Part shown: positions 40,133 through 51,702 of the stretch, piece after piece
Numbering within the stretch: position 1 is the first letter of the stretch
How the letters are laid out: every line of letters starts with the position of its first letter
Source: Haliotis cracherodii
Taxonomy: Eukaryota
Assembly: GCF_022045235.1 (NCBI RefSeq)
Contig: NW_027266266.1
Location: 16,554,001-16,618,000, forward strand
Direction: 5' to 3'
DNA: 64,000 bases
Position numbers and translations under genes: made by a program
Notes under the pieces: model-generated
Databases searched by the model: none
The model's input: the letters and a program-made list of their open reading frames with translations, nothing else
What the model was told of the DNA's origin: nothing

Positions 40133-43100
40133 CACCATGTGCTAGAATACACATTTGACAAGGTGTGTAGTTTCAACATTGTTTGCTTCTCTTCGTTTGT
40201 TCAAATCGTTGTCAACCAATGTGGTTCACAAAACCGTATCTGTGATTTCTGGGTATTCAGGTAAGACGAATATAATATCACGAATGATATTGGGGAGCTA
40301 TCGTTCTGGTAAGCAATCCGCTGAAGGTTCATTTTTAGCATTGTCCAATCTAGCTTTCCCCATCCTATTTTCAGAATGTCAATTTCCAAATATTCATGTT
40401 TTATGTGTATTCCTGTTTTTGGTTGTCATGTTGGCTACCTAACAACAAGACAATATGGACGGTTTGATAAAAACTATGTATGAATGTCATACTTGTTGTA
40501 TTTGCCTTTAAATATAGAGCATGTATCCACTTCACTTCCGGTCTCATTTTGAACCCTTCCCTTCATTATAAAAAAATCTCCACTGAGTCCATTGAACGAT
40601 TCCGACCATATCATGAGCATGCGTTTATGAATCACTATCAAATAGTGATGCTACTTCGGGTGTGAACGGATTTGTCAATTGTTCAAATACAAAAAAACTG
40701 GAACCTAAGGTACAAGCCAAAATTGGAAATGTACTCCACATGTCTGCTATAAAACGCTTTCAAAGCTTTACTGAGGCCTTGAATGATGTAGCCAAAAACA
40801 AAGAACTTTCGAGCAAGAGTCGTATGAAACGCTTTGAATTTTCGAAGACCATTTCTTAAATATAAACCATCAACGTCAGGGAATGACAAGTCTCTGTTAT
40901 CCCGTCGAAATACATTTCATTGGGCGGCAAAATAGCAGTTCAAAAAAAAGATAAGTATCACTGAAAATAAGGTGTTTGCGAAAAGGGTCAGTGTTTCTGA
41001 CTCTCATGTCAAAACCTTATCATCACTTTTTATTCACGCAACGACGTCAACTGTCGTATGTGAAGTATAATTTATGATATTGACTCACTGTGCCTGATAC
41101 GCCAGGCCTTGGTTAAAATGTTATGCGCGCTTCAATCAACGTGCATCGTTAGCCTCTTGAAATAGTGCGCAGAGCGTTTCTCACTTGTTCTATCGTAACG
41201 AAACATGTGGCATGATGTTTGTGTACACTTTCTGTAAAGATATAGGGTATCTGGAAAGATTATTGGTGGCGCCAGGAGACAACATATATTGCTGTACAGT
41301 CACCTAGGAAAGTTTAATGTGACAACTACGTACATGTTACTAGATAGGAGAGATGTAGAAGAAAGTCCGGACCAGTAGCTTAGCTACACTGGTAGGTGAG
41401 TTCTCACACGGAGCATCATTTACATGGTCGCAGTGTTTCTGGGTCAATCTTGCTCTACTAACCTTCTTTATCAGGTGTTTGTCTGATGGCTAGCGCCATT
41501 TTGGTTTCTCTGAAACATTTAGCGTTTTTAAAATGAAATGAGAGTGACTTAATTTGGACACGTTTTAAACAATCGCTGTCACATTCTAAGACCTAGTTTT
41601 GTTTCGGAGTGTAGATAATCCATGCAATTTGTTCATTGTGTTTTTAAAAGAGCTAAAATAATTTAAGGGAAATATATCAGGTCTCTATTTCGTAAGATAA
41701 TTTGCGCATTGGGCGATATCTCCTTTAGCTATAGGAGTAGCTATAGTATAGAGTTTTATCACACTTTGCAATAATGTACATCGTATCTTATTCAAGCTGT
41801 ATCACTGAGAGTGAGTGATTATCTCCCTTACCGAATAGCTCAGTTGCGCACTGCCTTTGCTACGTTATTCAGGCAGCCAGCAAGAAAGGTTCCAGGGCGG
41901 AATTCAGGTTAAACATGTACCGCGCACTCAATCTGTCTCCCTTCACGCTGCTATTGCAACTTATTGCTCAACACGGTTAAATACAAGGCTTCTATAAAGT
42001 ATGACTTTGTTCAATAATCAACACATGTAAAACAACGTGTTTGATATGAAAAAAGTGTAATTAGTTGCCTTCATAATCACATGTAGTGTGCTTGCTGTGC
42101 ATAGTTGAGCACAGTATTGTTTTTAGTAGTTCACTGTGTGTATTGTAATACCGTTTCATGCGGCGGTATACGGTTCTGCATTGTTTATGTTTTGACAGTT
42201 TTGTTTAACCTCCGGCAGAGATTATACACCCGTATACATGTATGTACATGTATGCTTCTGGATACACAGTCAACAGCTTGGTCTGTAGTTTGGAATTATT
42301 TCCTAAAATAAATAAAACGGTTGCATGATATATTCACGATGTTTGGGTTGAACATAGTAACATTCTTCTAGACATACTAAACCGGAAGTAATAACACAAA
42401 CCCAGTTTACCAAACGGAACCGTAAACAAGAGTAGTGAGTGAGTGAGTTGGGTTTAAGGCCGCTTTGAATAGTTTTCCACTTATATCACGGCGTGTCAGC
42501 TTGGTGTGGGGGGAATGCCTGAAGTGATGCAGGTCTTAGACGTTCACCACTTTGGTGAAACCCACGAGCACGGGAATAGTCGGGGCAAACCGGGATTCGA
42601 ACACTCTGCCATAGGTTTCTGGGACACAACTCTGCAAAGCGAACTGCAGGCCTTAGGCGATTGGGTCAACCGTGCCCCTGTATACAACAGTAACATCATA
42701 CTACAAAGATGTTTTAGATGAAAAATGTATTGCGTAACATTCAATGAAGAAAGGAATTTGTATATAATTGTAGACATGATAACAGATCTTGGAAATTGTT
42801 TCTGGATAAGTGTTGTTAAAATTATCAAGAATTGTTCCTTTTAACAGAGTGTTATCATGATTATCATGATTGAGAATAATTTGTGATTCTCTTTCTTGGT
42901 TGTATTTTATACAAGATAGTGCATAATGATGCTCATCTTCTGAGACATCACATGTTTCACAGAGACGTAATACTGTTAAAAGCGGCATTAAACATAACTC
43001 ACTCACTCACTTTTGAAAGGGTACATACAAAAACAGTTCCATGCGCGAAGATGCGTTCTTGAAACATATGAGCATGGTAGGCCATATCTGTTCACTGGAA

Positions 43101-43659
43101 GCTTTGACAGATCATGCGTGGGTGGGTTTGGTTTAACACCGCATTGATCAGTATATCAGTTATATGACGGGCGTGTCAGCTGGAGGAAGTCTTAGTCGTT
43201 TACAACTGTGATAAAACCCACGAGCATGGGTATGAAGCTGATAAATCTGGAAACGTAATTATGCCAAAGGGATGCAACTCTGCACGGCGAATTGCGGTGA
43301 CTCTGGAGACTGTGCCTCTACTGTGAGTTCCCTGAACATGCCAAACAAGGATTTGAACCTTCATTCAAGAACGTCCATTTGCCTTATGGCTTTTCCAGAA
43401 TATTTCCAAATGGGAAATATCTCCGTTTGTTGAGCACTCGTAGGTTATCTGATAATGTAAGGCGCTAGAAGGTTACCCGTCACTTTACCATTTCATTCTA
43501 CCGGGTCTCATATCCGGCTGGATGATCAGAGACATACTTTTAACGCTTGTCTAAGGAGTGAGTGAGTGAGTATGGTTTTACGCCGCTTTTAGCAATATTC
43601 CAGCAATATCACGGCAGGGGAACACCAGATTTTTGTTCAATTTACGATTGAAATGACAA

Positions 43660-43995
43660 ATCTATTAATACATTCTCGTGTTCTTTAAAATGACAAAGCG
43701 ATTGTTATTAAGGAAGCAGATAAAGGCGGCGCAGTCGTAATAATGGACTCGGGATATCATGAATCAAAAATGTATGAATTATTGCAAGACAAGGAATTTT
43801 ACATTGAAACAGATAATACTGAAAAAGCTGTAATTAAGAAGATTAAAAAAACATATTGAAGACTTCTCTGGAGATCTACACCCTAAAGAAAAAGACTACT
43901 TAATAAACTGTGACCCGCAGACGGCTAATTTCTACGGACTACCAAAGATCCATAAAAGTAAATTGATAAATAATGTTATTGCCGAACAGAATGCG
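43660..43995 (+). mobile_element. Penelope-like element RT N-terminal fragment
   Basis: Manual translation IVIKEADKGGAVVIMD...LLQDKEFY / ANFYGLPKIHK matches typical PLE motifs (ADKG, YGLPKIHK). Confidence 0.8.
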
Positions 43996-44056
43996 CAGTT
44001 GTGCAGTTGTAATTTATGACGTCATCATAAGTATGACGTCATATTATATGTCATTG

Positions 44057-44111
44057 TCAGTTACACTGAAGAGCTGTCGTGAGACAGCGAAACTACTATG
44101 TCTGAAACTGA
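44057..44111 (+). ncRNA. Type I hammerhead ribozyme motif (PLE-associated)
   Basis: tcagttaca-CTGAAGA-gctgtc(gtga)gacagc-GAAA-ctactatg-TC-tgaaactga. Complete catalytic core, perfect 6-bp stem II, 8/9 stem I, weak stem III, GUC cleavage triplet. Confidence 0.75.
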
Positions 44112-44785
44112 TATAAAGAAGAAAATGGACTAACGTGGACTTTATTATTTTATTATATATTTCATGTACACCGAGTGAACATTTACCTCATTTTTATATT
44201 TATACATATATATATAATTTCATATATATGCTTTATATCAACATATTTTTGTTCTTTTATGCTATGTAAAAATAAATATTGTGTACATATCACCTTTTGT
44301 GTTCCTTTTGCATATTGACAGCATATTATTTTACTCAGAGTATATGTCAGACCGATGAATGTGTTTCCATGGCAACTAAAATACCGGGGCAAACCTGGTC
44401 CCAAGTATTCCATGCTTGTTGTTCTTGCAGACTCAAGAGGATCGTGTGGTCCGACACGACCGTTGCTCATGCTTTCAGTCACTGGTTTTCCTGGTTCGAT
44501 TATTTACAGGCCGCATAATATGGCAGGATTATTACTGACTTCAGCGTTGAACAGCGTTCGTTCACTCACTAACACACTGCGAAATAGGCTTCCAAACAGG
44601 TCTACTATTATCATGTAAAATCGCCAAACATAGAATGTACATTAGTATTTCATTCAATTCAAGTACATTTGTCTCAAATTAATTGATGCTCTGAATCGTA
44701 CTTTTATCTATGAATATATATGATTACGGATATATAACACTGAAAGAAATATAATATTTGGAGCAAAGAATCCATACAGATATGA

Positions 44786-45671
44786 TTACTGCCTCTATAT
44801 AGTTGTCCCCAGCAATTATATAAGGACGCACAGGATGGAGCGGATATAGTCCGCTGTGCTTGCTGTTGTTGTTGCCCTGGAACAATAATGCATGTCGACA
44901 ATGAGATGGGTTTTCCTCTATTTCCTTTGGAAAGTTTGAATTTGACCCGGGAATTAACAAGTGTTCCAAGCGCAGCAGAATGAAAGACCATTCTATTATT
45001 ACTTCCGAACACTTATAAATCACCTCACTCAGAAAGAAATGACTTACTGCTGACATCGGACACCCTCATTGGCAGACCATTAATATTGAGAGTCAGTGTG
45101 ATAACTCGTAGTTATTTAGGTTGGGCACTATTATTTAGGACGGACGTATTGGTGTGAATGAACACTATACCTATGATTTCGTTTTGACAGGGTAGGGCAG
45201 GACATGCTTACCCTTCTCGAGAACAACTGGTGCCATCACAGATTTTAAGTGATCCATTCATATGATTTTCATCGCTATTTTGCCTTTTACGACCAATGGA
45301 ATCGGCGGATATATATTGTAGAAAATTGTATTACATTTGAACTATAGTTTAATACTCAAGTTATTTCAGTTAATCCAGTACAAATTGCCCCAAATCGGTT
45401 CTCAAATTTCGTCTAACACTTCTTTTGCTTTCATATCAGTACAATGTATTTAAATTCACTTTGTATGATTAAACGGTGTCATGTTTACTCTTTCTACCAA
45501 GATTTCAAAGAGAGTAATACGCTTCCAGCTAAAAAGCGATTTGATCAAGAATGCAATATTCAAGGCAAATATCTTTCTGAATAGGAATCCATATGAAATT
45601 GAAAATTACAATAATTTAAAATAAATTATATATCACAGTATTCCAACATTGGATGCAAGGTAACACAATGC

Positions 45672-45762
<91 letters not shown>

Positions 45763-46460
45763 TTACTATTTGACGCACGAATGACAAAAATTACTTTGGG
45801 CAAATTTATGATCAATCGTATTCTACTTACGACCGATGATATCGTTTTGACATGGTAGGGCATGATGTCTTTTCCTCGAACACCCTGTGTCATCACAGAC
45901 TGCACTAGTCCTTTTTATATAACAATTATATACTGAATCAGTTTGGGCGGATGATCGAAACTGGTTAGTCTTTGAAGTTGAAGTTTTATAGTTAAAAAAT
46001 ATTATTTTAAAGCGCGTCATACGACTCTTGCTCAAATATATTTGATCAGGGTTAGTAAAGCTTTGAAAATGATTCATCAATGACAAAATGATGTCTGAAG
46101 CAATTCCATATTTTGAGCTATACCATATGTATAGCTCCCGTATATGTTCCCGTATGTTTTATTCAGCTGAACAATTGACTTGCTTTGAATGTGTTTGTGA
46201 CGGGTGCCACCATTGGGACAGGATACGCTCACCTTTTCGCGAACACCTGGTATTATAACTATTTGATAGTGATTCATAAACACATGATGTAGTCGGAATC
46301 GTATAATCGACCCTGCTCAAAACAGAGATTAGCTATGTATATGGAAAGTCTTTTTGTCGCTTTTGGGTAAGTTATGTGTACGGACAAGACCGAAATATTC
46401 ACTCAGGCATCCTCCTTTGGATATCCTCTTCTGGCAGTTAGTGTGTCCAATCTCACGTAA
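44786..46460 (-). pseudogene. Orphan duplicated 3' end of the MMP gene (exon copies 46460-46376 and 44876-44786)
   Basis: Reads YVRLDTLTARRGYPKEDA* (2-nt deletion; donor GT changed to AT) and ATTTASTADYIRSILCVLI* (premature stop), versus the intact exons 57941-57855 and 56573-56489. Confidence 0.85.
45675..45759. repeat. (CA)n microsatellite, ~42 units
   Basis: Seen directly. Confidence 0.95.
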
Positions 46461-49026
46461 CTGAAATGAGACCATACTATAACAGTATAACAGGCGCCGT
46501 TATGCTGCTTGCGCTTTCAAGGATTTTCAAACAAGTTTCTATTAAACTGTCGATCTTCATAGACATTCTATGTTAAAAGTGACCGCCTAGATGCTATCTC
46601 AGAATCTGCTCATCCCAGTCAACTGACCCAAATGTAATTCAGTACCTTCAAATATACATGGACATATGCAACATAGTTCTTAAAAGGAAAATATTTCAAC
46701 GTCAGCGCCAGAGCAAAACCAGTCTCAGATTTCCAAAAAGCAGATTCCATTGGGCGTAATATGTTATGAATGATCATTGAAAATCAGTGTAAATACCAGG
46801 TGTTCTACCATGACACAATATTACACGAAGTCTTTGGTGTTAGCGAATATATGAGTTAAGTCCAGTTAAGTCGATACAGCGTTAAGAATCCCCGACAACT
46901 CAATTAAAACAGATCATGTAGCTGTTTATTTTCCAACAGAGATTTCTGATTAACGCACTTGCACCCGAAGCATTAAAAGTGTCCACCACGGCGAATGAGT
47001 AAGTACACAATTATTGGATTGCCCCGAATGTGCTATCAATAATCATAAGAAATCTCTGCTTAAAGCAGAGTCTTTTGTACGGATGAGACTAGACCATTAG
47101 CATGTGTTTATGAATCACAATCAAATAGTGTTGATACCTGGTACCAAACAAATGTATGATACCATGAACAGTCATTCACGCCATTGGTTTTTTCGGTGTT
47201 ACATGTACATAGTGAGCTCACATATTGACAACCCGCGGCCGATCCTTACTTTGGCCGGCAAGTTGTTGAAGGGGCTGTCCCTTGGCATGGTATCCGCGCA
47301 AGGCTCAAAAAAACGTAGCAAATGATGTGCGAAAAGGTTACGGGAGTTCAGCACAAGGACATAAACGGTACATGTGTGTTTGATTGATTTGGTGACGTTG
47401 TTATATACATTTGCCATAAGAGAGCGGAGATCTCATACACTGAAGTGATCTGCATCAAACTGAAAATGATACAAATCTCACAATAGACAACATTAACAAC
47501 ATTTTTTATTCAACAATAACCGTCAGGACATGATTACCCTTTTCTCGAATACCGGGTGTTATCACTAATTTCCAGCAATTGGTACAATTTTCGCAGCTCT
47601 TCTGCGTTTTATGTCTAATGGAATCTGTTTCAGCAGATAATCGAGACTGGTTATTTTCTGTCTTTGATGTTTCATATCTACTATTTATATATGGTTATTT
47701 TAAGGATAATTTTGTTATCAAAGCAAGCTGCAACTCTCCAATGATGGAGCAACAAACTGAACTGTATGCGCCCAAGTAACCCAAATGAAGGTTACTGTGC
47801 GGTAAAGGGATGAGGAGATTCTTTGCAATGACAAAAGGGTCATACACACAAAGATAGTGTTGGTTTTTGTAAATTGTCAGTATTTTTTGTGAGGAATAAC
47901 AACATTAAAGGAAACATAATCATGCACCACAATCAGATTTAAATCAGATTTATTAAAATGAGTTGTTCCAGGAGATTTGAAAAACTAAACCTTTCGTGAC
48001 TATCCCAGCATATGAACGATTTTGGTTGCCATCACTGATTTCATAACTGATTTTCAGTGATCCATTCATATAATTTTCATCTCCAATTTTGTATTTTACG
48101 CCCAATGGAATCTGTTTCGTCGGATAATCTAGGTTAGTTAATCTCTGGCGTTGACGTCATATATTTACATATATATTTCTAAGTGGGGAAAAAGTGAAGT
48201 CGGAGGAAGCGGTCATCAAATTAGACCATAACTGCTGTGTTGTAACATACACCTGTCCACACCTGTCAACATGATCCCGTTTCACACTAAAGATACGATG
48301 ATTTAGTTGTACATATAAATATAAGAAAGCCACGTGATAAATCGCAAAGAACAATGAAGAAATAGTCATGGTTAATTTCACGATAAACATTGTTCTATCT
48401 TAAAGTCATTTCTGGAGATTCGTACAAACACTCGCATCTTGATGAAATCGTAAATTGGACGACGCTATTTTAGGGTTGTTCATGCATCCCGTTTGATGCA
48501 TATGGGCAACACATATAAACGCAATTGCCGAGCAATTTCATTAAAAAGTGGGTGCGATATGTCAATCTGCGATGGGGAAATGACCGTCAATTGCTTTGGT
48601 GTTTGTGAGAATATTCAGACATAGCTATCAAAACATGTACTAGAAGTCTACTTTAACGTGCATAGTCATGGAGGTCACACAGATTAAAGTATTTATAGTG
48701 ATTCAGATAAGAGAATGCACTTGGATGCAAGAGTTCCTTCTGCTGTAATTGCTTCGTCACTGGCATGCTTAGCAACGTCCGTGACTATCCACATTCCTTC
48801 ATACTTCTTTACTGGTGAACTTGTCACTTTTCGACACAATTCACCAACAGAACAGTTCATCCAAATGGCGATGTATGGTTTATTGTTGATATAGTTCTAG
48901 CAGGTTTTCAGATTTTTCTTAAGGAAACCGCAGTTTATCCTTCATAACTATCGAGTAATGCTGTACTAAACACATTTGGATTTTGAAATTGAAATTCCTA
49001 TTGAATCACCATCCAACTGTCTTAAA

Positions 49027-51702
49027 ATGAAGAAAGAAGAGGAACCCAAGACATATTCCTTTGAAGGGAAGGAAACAAGAAGTAGCGTTGTGCTTGCAGC
49101 TTCTTTCTTTGTGGCCTATTCTGCTTACACGGCCATTCAGAACCTACAAAGCAGTCTCAATGAAGCGGAAGATCTTGGAATCATTTCTTTGAACGTTCTG
49201 TATGCATGCATTATATTTTCTGGAATTATGGCACCGGCTGTAATCCGGTTCATGGGAATCAAAATGACAATAATCCTGTCTTGGGTGATCCACCTTTTGT
49301 ACACAAGCTCGAACTTCTATCCGGCATTTTCCACCCTCATTCCTTCTTCAGTTCTTCTCGGAGCCATCTCAGGTTTTCTGTGGACGAGTCAGAGTGTTTA
49401 CATTTCAGTCTGTTCCTACTCGCTTGCCAAGTCTACAGGAGCAGTCCCTTACGATGTCCTCTGTAAATTGAATGGATTGTTCTTCACCATATTTGAAACC
49501 ACCCAGATTCCAGGCAACCTTGTCTCGTCACTGATCCTACAATCAGGAACTTACAGCAATGTCACAGGAGAACCTGTTTGTGGGTCTGACTATTGTCCTG
49601 GGGCATCAAACGGAACAGACATAGCCTCTCCAGAGATGAGTCTGGTGTACATTCTTCTTGGCATCTATCTTGGATGTGATATTATTGCTTTGATCATCAC
49701 GATTATCTTCTTACCACCTTTACCGACAAGTGGGTGGAACAGCAATACCAGTTTGAAGCAGTCTCTGCGTTCCTTCTTCGTGACGTTATTCACCAGCAAG
49801 ATGATATTCCTGGTCCCTTTCATAATGTTCCAATCGGTGGAACAAGCCATATTATGGTCAGACTACACAAGGGTAGGTTAATTGTTCTTTAGCCATTGTA
49901 TCATAATGAGATTGGACATTGTTGAGCAAGAACTGATATTTTCAAAGTGATATTTTCAATGCAGTGAAGTTAACACTTAATATTTCACTTCAGTGACAAG
50001 TCAATTTTTGGTTTCTCCCGATGTGTGTTGCTGGATTACAAATCGCTTTCACACAAAATTTAGAAAACCTATCAATACTGTTGGCATGAGTTTATGCACT
50101 GTTCCTTTCTGTGTAAATCAGTATGTATGCAACGGGTAATATGTATTCTATAGGTAGTATATATGACTCAGCCAGAATGAATGCAAAAGACAGTACATGT
50201 GCAATAAGCAGCATGTGTGGAATAGGCAATATATGCAATATGCGGCTTATATGCAACAGTCAGTTTATATACAATAAGCGGTAAGCATGCAACATTCAGT
50301 ATATTTGTATTCAACAGAAGGTACAAAATGGTATGCAATATGCAATGTGCAGTATATATTCAATAAACAGTAAGTGTGCAATAGGCAACATATATATAAT
50401 AGGCAGTATGTATGCATTAAGCAATATGTATGCAACAGGCAGAATAGGCAATATTAATGCAATACGCAGTATCGATGCTAGGAGCAGTATTTATGCAACA
50501 AGACAATATGTATGCAACAGGGAGAATGAATACAATAGGAAATATTAATGCAATAGGCAGTATCGATGCTAGGAGCAGTATTTATGCAACACGCAATATG
50601 TATGCAACAGGCAGAATAAATACAATAGGAAATATTAATGCAATAGACAGTATGAATACATGACGCAGTGTGTATGCAATAAGAAGTATGTATGCAATAG
50701 CCATTTAGTATTTAATAGCATGGAATGTATCAACAGTCATCATACGTTCTGTTGCAGTCCTATGTCAGCTGTCCTATCGGAATACAAATGGTTGGTTTCG
50801 TCATGACAACGTACGGGGCAACCACTGCGTCCTGTGCCTGCCTATTCAGTCGCATTGCGAAGTACATTGGACGTTACATTCTCTTCTTCACTGCTGCTGT
50901 TTTACACGGCGGGATGTTTGTAACGCTGTATCTGTGGACGCCGACAAGCGACGACACCAAGTACATCTTCGTCATCCCCATTGTATGGGCTATTGGGGAA
51001 GGAATATGGCAAACACAATCCAACTGTAAGAACCTTTTACATTCATTTACTTCGTTATCCTGTTCAGTTTCTCTTATTGATAAAAGGGGCGGTCGGGTAG
51101 CCTAGTGGTTAAAGCGTTCGCTCGTCACGCCGAGAACCGGGTTCGATTCCCGACATGGGTACAATGTGTGATCCCATTTATGGTGTCCCCCGCCGTGATA
51201 TTGCTGGAATATTGCTAAAAGCGGTGTAAAGCCATACTCACTCATTTATTGATAAAATCTCATAACTATCAGGATACTGGTGACCTAGTCGCCATTACAA
51301 TAAAACTTACCCAGAGGAAAGTACAATTACGCAGGGCAAAGTCGGAAACACGACGTCATGTATCCTTGACGTCACATCGGACTTAACGCCATATCAAATT
51401 GGACCTTGTTTTGATTTTCTTCAGCTCTGATAGCCATGCTGTTCCCGGAAAAGACCGGACCAGCCTTTGCCAACTTCCACACATGGAAAGCCATCGGATT
51501 CACCCTTATATTAGTACTGAGCAACTTTCTGTGTTTGAAGACAAAACTTATTTGTGTGCTGGCTTTGTTAGCCTTGGCTATGACTATGTACACAGGCGTA
51601 GAGATTTATGCACTAGTGCAACAGAAGCGCAAAGCGGTCGCAGCTACCACTTCAATAAAAATTAGCTCAAATGACACAAAGGAATCTAAATTTACAAACT
51701 GA
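49027..51702 (+). CDS. UNC93A: UNC-93-like MFS protein, copy 6; exons 49027-49872, 50758-51025, 51425-51702 (463 aa)
   Basis: Closest paralog of copy 5, with identical exon lengths 846/268/278, canonical splice sites and intact frame. Confidence 0.93.
51085..51243 (+). mobile_element. SINE family B in intron 2 of copy 6
   Basis: Flanked by the direct repeat ttattgataaaa. Absent from the equivalent intron of copy 5. Confidence 0.85.
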
